A DNA stretch of 64,000 bases from a virus (IMGVR_UViG_2814123203_000002:36831-100830), one strand, 5' to 3'. Counted from the stretch's first letter, positions 20,120 to 30,330 are shown. Program-made: numbers and translations. Notes: generated by a model not told the origin, from the sequence alone.

Positions 20120-20385
20120 TGTAATTCCCCTCTAAATGTTGTATTTGTGAGATAATTTTAATTACACCTACCTTAAATATTATTATCAATTTTTCATTGA
20201 TCAATTAAAGTACTTTTTATATTCTTCTATCTCTTTGTAGATTCCATAAGTCAGATTATTCCTCGATTATCATCATCTTGTTTGCCTTATTTTCTTCCAA
20301 CGTCGATCCAATAAACAAGTAAATCCATGCTAATTTTTCTCCATTTTTTAGATAAAAGACATGTTTTATCTATCAATTAATTTAT

Positions 20386-20772
20386 CTATTTCTTTGTCTT
20401 TTTCATATTTTCTAGATTTATTTTTCTTTTCTCTTCTCTAATTTTCATAATTTCTTCTTGAGGAAAATATTGTAATAATATTGGTTCAGAATAATATTTT
20501 GTTTCTCTCATAAAAAATGGCCTATCGATAACTTCAATTACAAATTCCAAAGAGTTTCTAACTTCATCTACCTTCAGATTGTATTCGCTACATATTTCAT
20601 CAATGTTCATGCCATCACTAAGACAGGAAATAATAAGTGAAATAGGTATTCTTGAACCCTTTATTACAGGCATTCCGCTTATGATTTCTGCATTCATGCT
20701 AACATCAGGATAATTATCTGCAATTGATTTAAAGTAGCTTTTTATTTTTGTTTGAATTAATTGATTAACCAT
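20386..20772 (-). CDS. DUF433 domain (antitoxin-type) protein
   Basis: IISGMPVIKGSRIPISLIISCLSDGMNIDEICSEY. Confidence 0.85.
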   Translation of the reverse strand: MVNQLIQTKIKSYFKSIADNYPDVSMNAEIISGMPVIKGSRIPISLIISCLSDGMNIDEICSEYNLKVDEVRNSLEFVIEVIDRPFFMRETKYYSEPILLQYFPQEEIMKIREEKRKINLENMKKTKK

Positions 20773-20900
20773 TTTGCTATACCTCTACATACAAAGTCTC
20801 TCTCGCTTGAAACTATTCTCTTTATGTTTGTTATTGTGAATTTCGTACTAAATACTGATTCCAAAGTAGCCATAAAATTCCCTCCATAATTTCTTTGATT

Positions 20901-21338
20901 TCAGCCTTCCCTGCGAATCATAACAGCCTGTTGAAACACCTCAAAAAGAGTGCTATCCCAGGTTCCAAGGGCATCGCAAAGGTTAAAATCATTGCTGCTA
21001 TTAAATAAATTTCTTCCCAGTTGAACTATTTTCCGATATCCGCTAGAAAGCGTCCCGTAGGCTTCACTTTCTAGCTCTTTCCCATTCTCATCTTCTTCAT
21101 ATACACGTTCAATAACCACACGTTTTTCCTTGGTCCAAAAATCGACTTCCTCCTTTTCAACTTCTTTGAATTTGTACATCCAGTCAAATGGGTATTCTCC
21201 AAACCTGCCGCCCGTCGACTTATATATCTCCGGCATTGCGAGTACATAGCAGGCTGCTTTATACTCCGTGTCATATTCCTGGTAGACTCCGAGCAGCAAA
21301 TTATAATTCGCTTCGTGTTCCTCACTAACAAAAAACAT
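20901..21338 (-). CDS. conserved Firmicutes mobile-element protein (DUF2538/DUF6075-like)
   Basis: MFFVSEEHEANY...LSSGYRKIVQLGRNLFN...LGTWD. Confidence 0.6.
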   Translation of the reverse strand: MFFVSEEHEANYNLLLGVYQEYDTEYKAACYVLAMPEIYKSTGGRFGEYPFDWMYKFKEVEKEEVDFWTKEKRVVIERVYEEDENGKELESEAYGTLSSGYRKIVQLGRNLFNSSNDFNLCDALGTWDSTLFEVFQQAVMIRREG

Positions 21339-21391
21339 AAATTTTCACTTCCCTTTATTTTTTTAGTAGGCCAAATTTATCTTGTTACCTC

Positions 21392-22888
21392 TTATTTTAC
21401 TTTTTTATTTAATTTTGTTGTACGTATATCTCTAATTTCTTCTTTAGTATACCAATGAGTTTCCCTTGGCAAAAAGTCAACAAATTTAAGCAGTCTTTTT
21501 TCAACCTCATCTTTATCTTGTACTTCAAGTGCATAAAGCTTGAATTCTTTTAGAAAATCGGATAATCTTACTACAACAATTTTATTTTTCCTTTTATCCC
21601 ATAAATCTAACTGATTATTTTCATAAAAATCATAGTCGTAATCGTACCTATTTTCATTTTCTTCATCAAAATATATGCTAATTTTTGAAGTAGAATATGC
21701 TAATAGTCGTCCAAGCTCCAGTAAAATTAATTCACATGTTTTTCTATCATATACTCTTGAAACAATAATAATATTCTTTCTTATAAATGATGGTTTGTTT
21801 TTAGGTTTTTCTCCAAAAAGTACCCACCCAAAATTATTCAAAAATACCTCGTATTTGCATAATATTTTTTCATCACTAAATAGTGATGGTTTAATAATAA
21901 AAGATTCTCTGTCTTCATCAATTCCACGTATTGACATATTTATACTAGAGAGATGAGACTTCATTTTTTTAGTTATTTCCAATAAAAATTCAGTCTCATT
22001 AATTTTATGAACCGTATCTACGGTTACATACCCTGTATTTTTCAGTAATTCTATAGTCTGTTGATCATTGTTATTTCTTAGCCACTCGACTATCTTTCTG
22101 TTGACAACAAAATCTTTATCTTTATTTTCATCACAATACATTTGCATTTGATTAATTAGCTCGCTGCGTTGATCTAGGAACATTCCTATTTTCTCAAATA
22201 CTGACTTATCAATCACTTTATCTAGATAATCGTTGAAACATTTCCTGATATCTGCCCCTAACTTAAGATAGGGTTTTTCAAAAAATGAAGGTATAAGAAG
22301 TTCAAATTTTTTTAATTCTTCATCCCAATTTGTTACAATTTTTTCAATTCCGTTGTATATCGAATTAATTTCCTGAAGCCTAAGATTCCTTTTTGCTTCT
22401 TTATTCCATTGTGAACGTGTTTTTTTATCTTTAAATGAGTTTAAAGCGAATTCTTTTACACAGATTTTTCCTACATTTAATTTTTTACCATTAAACTTAT
22501 TAGTAATATAGTAGATTTCCTTATTATTTTGACCACATAGCGAACACTTTTTTCGATTTTCGCCTTCTAGTATTTCATAAGGGATAAGTAAATTGTCATC
22601 TTCTTCTTTCCACTCATCTTGACATAACTTAATTATGTTTGGAAACATATCATTTACTGTTATTTTGTCATGATCTGATAATTTACTTTCAATTATCTTA
22701 TCATTAATTTCTTCATTCTCAAGCAAGAATTGATACAAGGTTTTATAACCTTTAATTGACTCACTATTTACCAGTAAGTTCCTTTTCTTCTTATCCTTAA
22801 GAAGTTCCATATTCAGACTCTTCATTAGAATAAAACAAGCCCCCTTTGGTATGTATAGTCTACATTCTATTGTATAACTTTTTACCAA
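21392..22888 (-). CDS. large hypothetical protein with N-terminal zinc-binding motif
   Basis: ~480-500 aa; CSLCG...NGKKLNVGKICV; start uncertain. Confidence 0.75.
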   Translation of the reverse strand: MVKSYTIECRLYIPKGACFILMKSLNMELLKDKKKRNLLVNSESIKGYKTLYQFLLENEEINDKIIESKLSDHDKITVNDMFPNIIKLCQDEWKEEDDNLLIPYEILEGENRKKCSLCGQNNKEIYYITNKFNGKKLNVGKICVKEFALNSFKDKKTRSQWNKEAKRNLRLQEINSIYNGIEKIVTNWDEELKKFELLIPSFFEKPYLKLGADIRKCFNDYLDKVIDKSVFEKIGMFLDQRSELINQMQMYCDENKDKDFVVNRKIVEWLRNNNDQQTIELLKNTGYVTVDTVHKINETEFLLEITKKMKSHLSSINMSIRGIDEDRESFIIKPSLFSDEKILCKYEVFLNNFGWVLFGEKPKNKPSFIRKNIIIVSRVYDRKTCELILLELGRLLAYSTSKISIYFDEENENRYDYDYDFYENNQLDLWDKRKNKIVVVRLSDFLKEFKLYALEVQDKDEVEKRLLKFVDFLPRETHWYTKEEIRDIRTTKLNKKVK

Positions 22889-22906
22889 AAAAGGAAATTG
22901 TCACTT

Positions 22907-23311
22907 TTAGATTTTTATTGATATCCCTCTGTTCTTTAATTCCTCAATTAATTCTTCATTACTAAATTTAGACAAATCACTATTGGATACATCTTTTTCT
23001 TTTTTACCTTCTATCAATTCTGCAACATCATCACGAATTTTCAATGCCCAATCCCATCCCGAAATTCCATCAATAACTGTAATTAGCTTTTCATTTTTGC
23101 ATTGGTAAAGTGTAATTTCTGGCTCTTTATTTTTGTTGCTTCCTAATTCTTGATAACAAAGAACAAATGAATCATCTGGAACCTCTACAAGTTGGTTAAC
23201 TTTAACAAATTTTCCTCCAAAAGCATATCCATTGGTTTTGGATTTATCTACACTTGATATAATTTTTGCCCATGCTTTATGTCTTGTGGATAATTCAAAC
23301 TTAGTAATCAT
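22907..23311 (-). CDS. phage hypothetical protein
   Basis: 134 aa, RBS present. Confidence 0.7.
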   Translation of the reverse strand: MITKFELSTRHKAWAKIISSVDKSKTNGYAFGGKFVKVNQLVEVPDDSFVLCYQELGSNKNKEPEITLYQCKNEKLITVIDGISGWDWALKIRDDVAELIEGKKEKDVSNSDLSKFSNEELIEELKNRGISIKI

Positions 23312-23448
23312 ATGCTCATCCCTTCTACAATAATTGCAATTTTTGTTTGTTGAATTAAACTAATTATAATCGTTTAGTTTCTGGAAACTTTTCCTTAGTA
23401 ATACTGCGCCAAAGAATATCACTTTTAGAAAAAGGCGATTTTTTCATT

Positions 23449-23748
23449 TCATACACAGTTTTTTCTCAAACATATAATTAAACTCCATTCATAAATTGAT
23501 CTTTTTAAAACGGTACTAATATCTTCTATAGCAGACTGGATGTATACGTATGTTGCATCTAATATAGCCTTTCTTTCTCTAACTTCTTCTTCTGATAGGC
23601 CAGACCATTCAAAGTCAGTAAGAAGCATATCATAAAGACCTTGTGGGTATTCTGCTAAGTAATTTAGCCAATCATCAAAATCCCTTGCTTGAGATTCTTC
23701 AGTATCTCTTGTTTCAATTTTAGCAACAATCTGTTTAAACTTGTTCAT
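23449..23748 (-). CDS. phage hypothetical protein
   Basis: 99 aa with RBS. Confidence 0.6.
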   Translation of the reverse strand: MNKFKQIVAKIETRDTEESQARDFDDWLNYLAEYPQGLYDMLLTDFEWSGLSEEEVRERKAILDATYVYIQSAIEDISTVLKRSIYEWSLIICLRKNCV

Positions 23749-23765
23749 ATTTATCTCTTCCTTTT

Positions 23766-24323
23766 TTATAAATAGGACTCCAAATCATTTTTTCCACCAA
23801 TTAACTTAAATCTATTCAAAATAAAATTATCTAATTCTTTTCTGCTAACGCCATTGTAACTGTCTTCATTTGAATGGCAGGTAAGTTCTTCAAGCACCTC
23901 AAATAATTCAGGATATTTATCTTTCATTATCTCTTTGATCCTCTGCCAGTGACCTGCAAACGCACAGTCGTAAAAAGTATTATCAGAAGTATCAACAACT
24001 CCTAGGCCAGTTAGAGAATAGCCTTTTTTCTTGTAGTCTAATTCAATTTCCAAATATCTATTAGACTTGAATATATAGTTGAAAATTAACCCGCATTCTT
24101 TTTCCCAATCTTCAAAAGTAATTGCTTCAACATTTTCAATTGTCATATATTCTTCTAGCAAAGATTCTAATTCAGAATCAGTAATTGTATTCAAATATTC
24201 ATAACAGGCAAATTGTTTTGCTTTAACTGTATTTTCACCTTCGATGTGTTTTTCAACATACATTTGTAATAGCAACTTTGTCAAACTGATTGGTTCACAA
24301 GTAAAGTGTAATGTTTGTTGCAC
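23766..24323 (-). CDS. acidic phage hypothetical protein
   Basis: 185 aa, AGGAGAG RBS. Confidence 0.7.
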   Translation of the reverse strand: MQQTLHFTCEPISLTKLLLQMYVEKHIEGENTVKAKQFACYEYLNTITDSELESLLEEYMTIENVEAITFEDWEKECGLIFNYIFKSNRYLEIELDYKKKGYSLTGLGVVDTSDNTFYDCAFAGHWQRIKEIMKDKYPELFEVLEELTCHSNEDSYNGVSRKELDNFILNRFKLIGGKNDLESYL

Positions 24324-24523
24324 CTTAATCTCTCCTTTGTTTGGGTTTCTGTTAAATTTTCTAATTTATAATCATTGCAAGGGCAAACAAGCCAATACAA
24401 ATAGCAATTCCAATACCGATATTTTTCAGTTGTTCTAAATTTAAGTTCATAATTATCTCCTTTATTTGTTGTGACAAAAATAGGCGTGTTACATGAAAGT
24501 ATCACGCCTATTTAATACAAACT

Positions 24524-25693
24524 TTATTCGTTTGTGTCCTTTGTGTCTAATTCTTCCGTCAATGCTTCTTGATGTTCATTAGCCGCTGCTATCTCTTGAA
24601 TTCCATCTTCTGAAACTGCTTTAATCCTCTGTGCAGCTTTTTCAAATTCCTCAATGTTTTCTTCAAAATGGGCATTCATAGCCGCGACACGACCAAGTAC
24701 ATTTTGTGATTTTGCTGAGCCAGCAGTGCAGTGCATACCGTACGATCCTTGGCCACTAGTGTACTTTCTAACTAAAAACTCTTTTGCCCAAAGTCCAAAC
24801 GCTATAGGACTTACTTCTTTTTCTATTGCCTTTTTAGCTGTTACGAACAATATTGGTGTATGCACTTTTTTAAGCATCTTATTATTAGTTTTTTGGTCAA
24901 ACTGTTCGAAAGCCTCTTTCATGTAATTTGTCAATTTAATCATTTCATCAAGAATTGTTTGATGAAATCCTGTTTCTTTAAATGCTAAAGAAAATTCTTT
25001 GACATCTTTACCTTGAAGACCTCCTTCTCTACCGCTAACAAGCATAATACTTTGAATAACAAGCTCAGTATCAAGTTTCCTTTTTCTTGAATTTGCTGAA
25101 ATGTTTACATATTTTCGGAAGAAGTCGCTATTAGCAATTTCATTTACATGTTTCATTACGCTACCTCCAACTTCAGAACGCAGCTTTTCAATTTTGTTAA
25201 GTGCTGTACCGTTATTTAACCGACTAAACAAGTCATCAACTTGTTCTTCAGTCATATTCTTCATCTCTACAAGAGTTAAAGAATATTCCCCGAAGATATC
25301 GCGTAATTCTTTATCTAGATCTTGGTAGTATTTTCCTTCAATATCAATTTCTATAATTTTTGTTTCTCCATCTATTTCCTTTTCTACAGGTACCTTTGGA
25401 GACTTAGTTACTGGAAACTCACCTTGTCTGAACGCCATCAATGTCGATAAACGTTGTTGACCATCAATTACCCAAAGATACTTATCGTCTGTACTTTTTA
25501 CATAAATATCTGGAATCGGAAAATCAATCAGAGCACTATGAACTAACAAACTCTTTTGATCTTCAGACCATACTTGGTTTCTCTGTACTTCTAAGTCAAA
25601 TCTGATTCTTTTTCTGTTCCTAACAAACCAGTTGATTGACTTGTCGGATTTCGTTTTTTTAACAACTGAAAGTTCTTTACTCATTTTTCGCAC
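24524..25693 (-). CDS. DUF262 (GmrS/ParB-Srx-like) domain protein
   Basis: VQRNQVWS...LVHS.LIDFPIP...VIDGQQRL...FSRLNNG. Confidence 0.88.
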   Translation of the reverse strand: MRKMSKELSVVKKTKSDKSINWFVRNRKRIRFDLEVQRNQVWSEDQKSLLVHSALIDFPIPDIYVKSTDDKYLWVIDGQQRLSTLMAFRQGEFPVTKSPKVPVEKEIDGETKIIEIDIEGKYYQDLDKELRDIFGEYSLTLVEMKNMTEEQVDDLFSRLNNGTALNKIEKLRSEVGGSVMKHVNEIANSDFFRKYVNISANSRKRKLDTELVIQSIMLVSGREGGLQGKDVKEFSLAFKETGFHQTILDEMIKLTNYMKEAFEQFDQKTNNKMLKKVHTPILFVTAKKAIEKEVSPIAFGLWAKEFLVRKYTSGQGSYGMHCTAGSAKSQNVLGRVAAMNAHFEENIEEFEKAAQRIKAVSEDGIQEIAAANEHQEALTEELDTKDTNE

Positions 25694-25789
25694 CTCTTTA
25701 TTATTTTTTCTATTTAAAAATTCAATAACTTAACTTGTTCAATGTCCATGTTGTTATTTTAACTCAAACAGCTTTTGTATTCAAGTTTT

Positions 25790-26170
25790 TCATCTAATGT
25801 AACATAAAAAAATCAACCAGGATATTGTTCCAACAACAAATGCTGTCTGTAGTACAGTTGAAATATCATTTTTACTAAACTTTCTATTGATTATATGGTT
25901 ATTCCTTTCGTTAATTTCTTTTAAACCAACCAATGGGTAATTCCCTTCGGATATTAATTCTTTAAGTTTGTTTATTATTTTTACTCCATTTTTATTATAT
26001 TTAATATTATAGATTAAAATATGTCCTTCCTCATCTCTTGAAGCAATTACTTCATTATATATACAAAGCTTATCCCCTATTGTATATAAGTTGCCTTCGT
26101 GATTACTTACGTCTTCCTTTTCTCCTTCAACAAATATTTTTATTACTTCCTCGTTTTTAATCCTTCTCAT
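25790..26170 (-). CDS. phage protein with C-terminal TM helix
   Basis: 126 aa, hydrophobic C-terminus. Confidence 0.65.
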   Translation of the reverse strand: MRRIKNEEVIKIFVEGEKEDVSNHEGNLYTIGDKLCIYNEVIASRDEEGHILIYNIKYNKNGVKIINKLKELISEGNYPLVGLKEINERNNHIINRKFSKNDISTVLQTAFVVGTISWLIFLCYIR

Positions 26171-26741
26171 TTTCTCACTCCCTCAAAAATAGATAAAAGC
26201 CTGATTTTATATAAGTCCCTTCGTCGATCTCCCAATTGTCTAAGTATACAGAAGTCTCATAGGGGATATCTTTTGTCCATTTTTCATAGTGTATTTGTTG
26301 ACATTAAAAGGATTTTTTTATATATTGATATCAACTGTAGTTGTAGTTTTGTAGCAAAAAGACGAAATGTGCCCCAACACATTTCGTCTCTCATACAATC
26401 AGTTGCTTTATGGAATTTATTTTTTTTGAAAACAGTCGCTTTATGATATCTCTGCTTGGTATTAAAGCGGCTGTTTTCGTTACTGCTATTTTTCCAAATT
26501 CCTTAATAACACATGGCGTATTTAAAATACCCTACCTGATGGTAGGGTATTTGCTTACCATAGATGGTTTTATATCTCAAAAAATATGTGCGTTTTGTCA
26601 AGAAACTAAACATCAAACCTTGATGATTAGTGTGGGTACTGACATACCCTTATTGATCTACATAAAGAATAGTTCCCCAATTGTAGGCCCATGATCAAAT
26701 TCGCCTTTGAAGTCTTTGTTTTTTATTTCCATGATTCCCCC

Positions 26742-27095
26742 TTATAGAAACTCTAAATCCTCATTTCTACTAGCGGCTAATTCCATACCTTGTGCTAGTA
26801 GAAGAGACCTTTCCTTGTCTTTGTCATGTTCAGGCCATCGGGAAACTAGTTCCCGTAGCCTTGGAGCTACTTTTCTGCATTCTTCCGGGGTCAGAACTCC
26901 ATCACAGTCGGAGTGATCCAACAATGGAACAATGTCATCTTTAACAGTATCCCATGATATTGGCTTCGCATCAGGTGATGCGAAGCCTTTCATGACATGT
27001 AGGTTTACTCCAATCTGATTAGCGAGCTTCTTTCTGAAATGATTAAAGCTGCTATAAGACCATCTTACATCTGCATGACTAAAATCCAAACCCAT
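26742..27095 (-). CDS. conserved phage hypothetical protein
   Basis: WSYSSFNHFR...LLDHSDCDGVLTPEEC motif. Confidence 0.75.
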   Translation of the reverse strand: MGLDFSHADVRWSYSSFNHFRKKLANQIGVNLHVMKGFASPDAKPISWDTVKDDIVPLLDHSDCDGVLTPEECRKVAPRLRELVSRWPEHDKDKERSLLLAQGMELAASRNEDLEFL

Positions 27096-27096
27096 T

Positions 27097-27420
27097 TTAA
27101 TATCCTTCCTTTCTTAATTCATGTCGATATGCGCCGAGTTGTTGTAGGTAACGGTCTGCTAATGGTTTGTTGTTGAACTGTTCGTAATCAAAGCTGTTCA
27201 TGATTTCGTCCAGCTTTGAAAGTAAATCTAGTTCTTTTTGAGAGAACTTATAGGAATACTCCATAATATTTTTATGGATGCGGTTAAAGGTATCCGCAGG
27301 TCGTCTACCGAAGCGATCCATATGCGCCTCAGCTGGTGATGGCTTCCCGGACTCGAATACACGAATTCCTAAGATATCTGCTACTGCTAGTAACCTACCG
27401 AATTTTTGCTCTCTTTCCAT
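27097..27420 (-). CDS. orphan homologue of the type I-C Cas8c C-terminal domain (Cas11c-like)
   Basis: FGRLLAVADIL...HMDRFGRRPADTFNRI...LDEIMNSFDYEQFNNKPLADRYL....YRHEL matches the remembered Cas8c/Csd1 C-terminus; own GGAGG RBS. Confidence 0.75.
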   Translation of the reverse strand: MEREQKFGRLLAVADILGIRVFESGKPSPAEAHMDRFGRRPADTFNRIHKNIMEYSYKFSQKELDLLSKLDEIMNSFDYEQFNNKPLADRYLQQLGAYRHELRKEGY

Positions 27421-27432
27421 TTTTCATCCCTC

Positions 27433-27741
27433 CTATACCCACTTTATATCAAAACGTTCTTCAAGTCGATACATGGCGTACCTTACCGACTCCTCGATTC
27501 CCATGTTTTTGTATTGGTTTTTTGTCATATAGTTGTAGGTTGTAACATGTATGAGGTTTTCACCTTCTATCCAGCTGTTACAGCTGGGGAATACAGAGGT
27601 AAAGTACTCTGTTATCTTCTCCCCATCATGAGTGGCGTACAGCTGAACTACGCCGCCCAGCTCACAGTTATAGGAAGCAGCCTCCCGAATGCATTTCTTT
27701 ACATTCTTGATGAAATCCTTTTCGGAAACTTCTATTTTCAT
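27433..27741 (-). CDS. small phage protein
   Basis: 102 aa, AAGGAGG RBS, ATGA overlap. Confidence 0.7.
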   Translation of the reverse strand: MKIEVSEKDFIKNVKKCIREAASYNCELGGVVQLYATHDGEKITEYFTSVFPSCNSWIEGENLIHVTTYNYMTKNQYKNMGIEESVRYAMYRLEERFDIKWV

Positions 27742-28130
27742 GCTTTCACCTCCTTATTGTCTTTAGGAGGGAATGAGAATTCCACATCGTCATAATAGTG
27801 ATGATCAAACTCATATCTTTTGTTCTCCAGATCCTCTATTAAAAGATCTGGAGTTTTTAAATATTCGAGATACCTAAACCAATAGGTGTATATCTCTATC
27901 CATATTAACCCAGCAGTATGCAACTCAATTGACAGTTCGATGTTGTTTTTCTTGAAGTAATTACTGCCAGCCCGGGATATCTTTAGGCTGACACTGTACT
28001 CAACTCCGTTGATCTCTAACCTAGTTGGAAAACCCGGCTTATCTTCGCCCGTTACAGGGCACTCAAAGCATGAATTTTCGAAAATGTGTCTTGGTAAATC
28101 AAATTTTATAGTTTCTTTTTTCACGGACAT
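27738..28130 (-). CDS. phage protein, paralog of the N-terminal domain of 29324..30031
   Basis: FDLPRHIFEN...PTRLEINGV...YFKKNNIEL; likely start MSVKKE. Confidence 0.7.
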   Translation of the reverse strand: MSVKKETIKFDLPRHIFENSCFECPVTGEDKPGFPTRLEINGVEYSVSLKISRAGSNYFKKNNIELSIELHTAGLIWIEIYTYWFRYLEYLKTPDLLIEDLENKRYEFDHHYYDDVEFSFPPKDNKEVKA

Positions 28131-28417
28131 TATACAGCCTCCTTTAAAACAACTCCGCCGCCGTTGTGTGTACTCCTTAGCAGAGGCCATCCTTTGTGGT
28201 ACTCTATTAAACAGGGTTTTCCTTCGCTATCAAATATAGATAGTTCCCCTCCTTGGCTATAGGTTACTTCGTACCCTTCTGGGAGTATATATTCCTTACC
28301 CCCGTCACATTCTACGAAACCATAGTTTCCTTCGAATTCGAAGGAAAATCCCTTCCGTGTATGCCATCCCTCCACCGCTTGGAGATTTTCCCACATGTAT
28401 AATACTACAGTATTCAT
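28130..28417 (-). CDS. small acidic phage protein
   Basis: 95 aa, AAGGAGG RBS. Confidence 0.7.
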   Translation of the reverse strand: MNTVVLYMWENLQAVEGWHTRKGFSFEFEGNYGFVECDGGKEYILPEGYEVTYSQGGELSIFDSEGKPCLIEYHKGWPLLRSTHNGGGVVLKEAV

Positions 28418-28607
28418 CTTGTTTTTTCCTCCTTAACAAATTTACATTGAATGTTGTATATTCAATTTAGTACCTAGTTAGGTATTATAAGCATAGGCCT
28501 TTACATACCTACGAGGAGATTTGAAACATGGATATTTTAAACACCTAATAGATACTAAAGTTATTTATCTAGAAGAACCCTTAAAGGTTCTTATTTATTC
28601 CTCCCCT

Positions 28608-29225
28608 CTAGCAGAAATATCCACCTTCTGGAACTTCATCTTTACGAAGATATGAACCTTCCATAAGTGGTATGTTTTTTAATACCACTTTAGATAATTT
28701 ATTATACCTTTCTGGATTGTCCTCTCTTTTGAGAAGACGTTCAATGCAGGATATTGCATGGCTCATTGGAAAGTGCACATCCGAAAATGCTTTCTTTGCT
28801 TTCCGTAGCGTTTCCTTTGCAATGTCAACTATTTCCTCACACTCCCTTTCCTTTTTATCTATTAATTTGTTTATTTTTTCATAAATTTTCTCTTGGTCTG
28901 CCACAATTGCAGACATTTGAGAAGAAAATTCTGGGCTGGATTCTTTTGTTACTTTAACAAAAGCTTCTGCTATAGACTTTATTGGGATGGAACGTACATC
29001 AATATCAGTCACATTGTCGTAGACTTTATAGTCTACTTGTACACTTACAATTTTTTTTCTTTTTTTATCGATTTCTTTTTCTATCTTGTTGTAGGTATCT
29101 ACCATTGGCTGATAGATTTCTATTAAAGTATCCAGGACTTCTTTAAAGTCATTTAAATCTTTGCGAAGTTGCTCATTTGAAAATCTGCTTTCTAAATATA
29201 TTTCTTTCTTTTCCATCTTAATCAA
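28608..29225 (-). CDS. coiled-coil phage protein
   Basis: 205 aa, AGGAG RBS. Confidence 0.7.
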   Translation of the reverse strand: MIKMEKKEIYLESRFSNEQLRKDLNDFKEVLDTLIEIYQPMVDTYNKIEKEIDKKRKKIVSVQVDYKVYDNVTDIDVRSIPIKSIAEAFVKVTKESSPEFSSQMSAIVADQEKIYEKINKLIDKKERECEEIVDIAKETLRKAKKAFSDVHFPMSHAISCIERLLKREDNPERYNKLSKVVLKNIPLMEGSYLRKDEVPEGGYFC

Positions 29226-29323
29226 TCTCCTTTAAATTAGGTTTAATTAGATCAAATGCACGGCAGCCGATGATTCGGCCTGATCGTCTCTGACTGGATT
29301 ATCAGGTATAATAATCATCCCAC

Positions 29324-30031
29324 CTATATTTTGGCTAGTGCACGACATCCTATAATACGGCCTTCTGAATCCCTGACCTGTTCGTCAGGTACATATAAAT
29401 CATTTCGGTCTTTGGCCGCTTGGGCAGTAAGTGCCGAGACAATATAGACAATACCATCCTGAGGTTCTGGAAGTCCTTCTACCTCTCCGAATGCTGTTTT
29501 GCATACAGGTATCCCGTTTACTTCTCCTAGTGGTACCCGTTTTTGTTTCACGCGGGCATTGCCTGAGGATGGAATGCGCTGAATAATCTGTTTATTATCA
29601 TCCATAATTGTCAACTCATGAGGTGTTAAGTTGATTATCTTTTTATTTGTTAACTCAGGCTTTTCATCTTCTTCAAAAAGAATTTCGACCTCTAATGATT
29701 CCCACCTCTTGTTTCCGTTTCTGGATTTGTATCGTTTGTTTTTTAGATCATCAATGAGGACTCCACTTTCTCTTATTATCTTTTTGTAATGTTCCATATA
29801 AGTATAGATATAGATATATACTGATTTTCCATAATCACTAACTTCAAGAAACAACTCAATATTGTTTTCGGAGAAATATCCTTTACCCTGAGCGGATATT
29901 TCAAAAATTATGCCATAATATACACCGTTTATTTCTATGCTTGTTGGATAAGCTTCCATCTCTTCCCCACAAAGTGGAGAATTATAACGTACACTTTCAA
30001 AAATATATTTTGGTAATTTGTAAGTTTTCAT
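29324..30031 (-). CDS. two-domain phage protein (27738-paralog domain plus NLTPH-type domain)
   Basis: N-terminal KLPKYIFES; C-terminal IINLTPHEL...LPEPQDGIVYIVS...VRDSEGRIIGCRAL. Confidence 0.75.
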   Translation of the reverse strand: MKTYKLPKYIFESVRYNSPLCGEEMEAYPTSIEINGVYYGIIFEISAQGKGYFSENNIELFLEVSDYGKSVYIYIYTYMEHYKKIIRESGVLIDDLKNKRYKSRNGNKRWESLEVEILFEEDEKPELTNKKIINLTPHELTIMDDNKQIIQRIPSSGNARVKQKRVPLGEVNGIPVCKTAFGEVEGLPEPQDGIVYIVSALTAQAAKDRNDLYVPDEQVRDSEGRIIGCRALAKI

Positions 30032-30066
30032 CTTATTTCCTCCCATAGAGGGGCAGAAGCCCCGGT

Positions 30067-30330
30067 TTATCTTTTCAAAACTGCTTTAGCATCCTTTACA
30101 AATTTAGCAGCATCTTCCCTATCCTCAATATCAAAATAGGCGATGCTATCTGTGAAGGAATATTCCCCATACTCGCCGTTTTCTTCGGCTGGGCATCCCG
30201 ATATATGAATATTGATAAACTCAGATTCGTTTTTACAGGTAAGGTATACGCATATACCTATCTTCCTATTAACCCATCCTTTTTTGCCGCGATACTCTTC
30301 TTCCGTATCATAGGATTTTGTGATCTTCAT
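30067..30330 (-). CDS. small phage protein
   Basis: 87 aa, flanked by repeated GC hairpins. Confidence 0.7.
   Translation of the reverse strand: MKITKSYDTEEEYRGKKGWVNRKIGICVYLTCKNESEFINIHISGCPAEENGEYGEYSFTDSIAYFDIEDREDAAKFVKDAKAVLKR

Noticed and set aside
21071-21331. Alternative-frame ORF inside 20901..21338
   Set aside because: No RBS; nested in a better-supported gene
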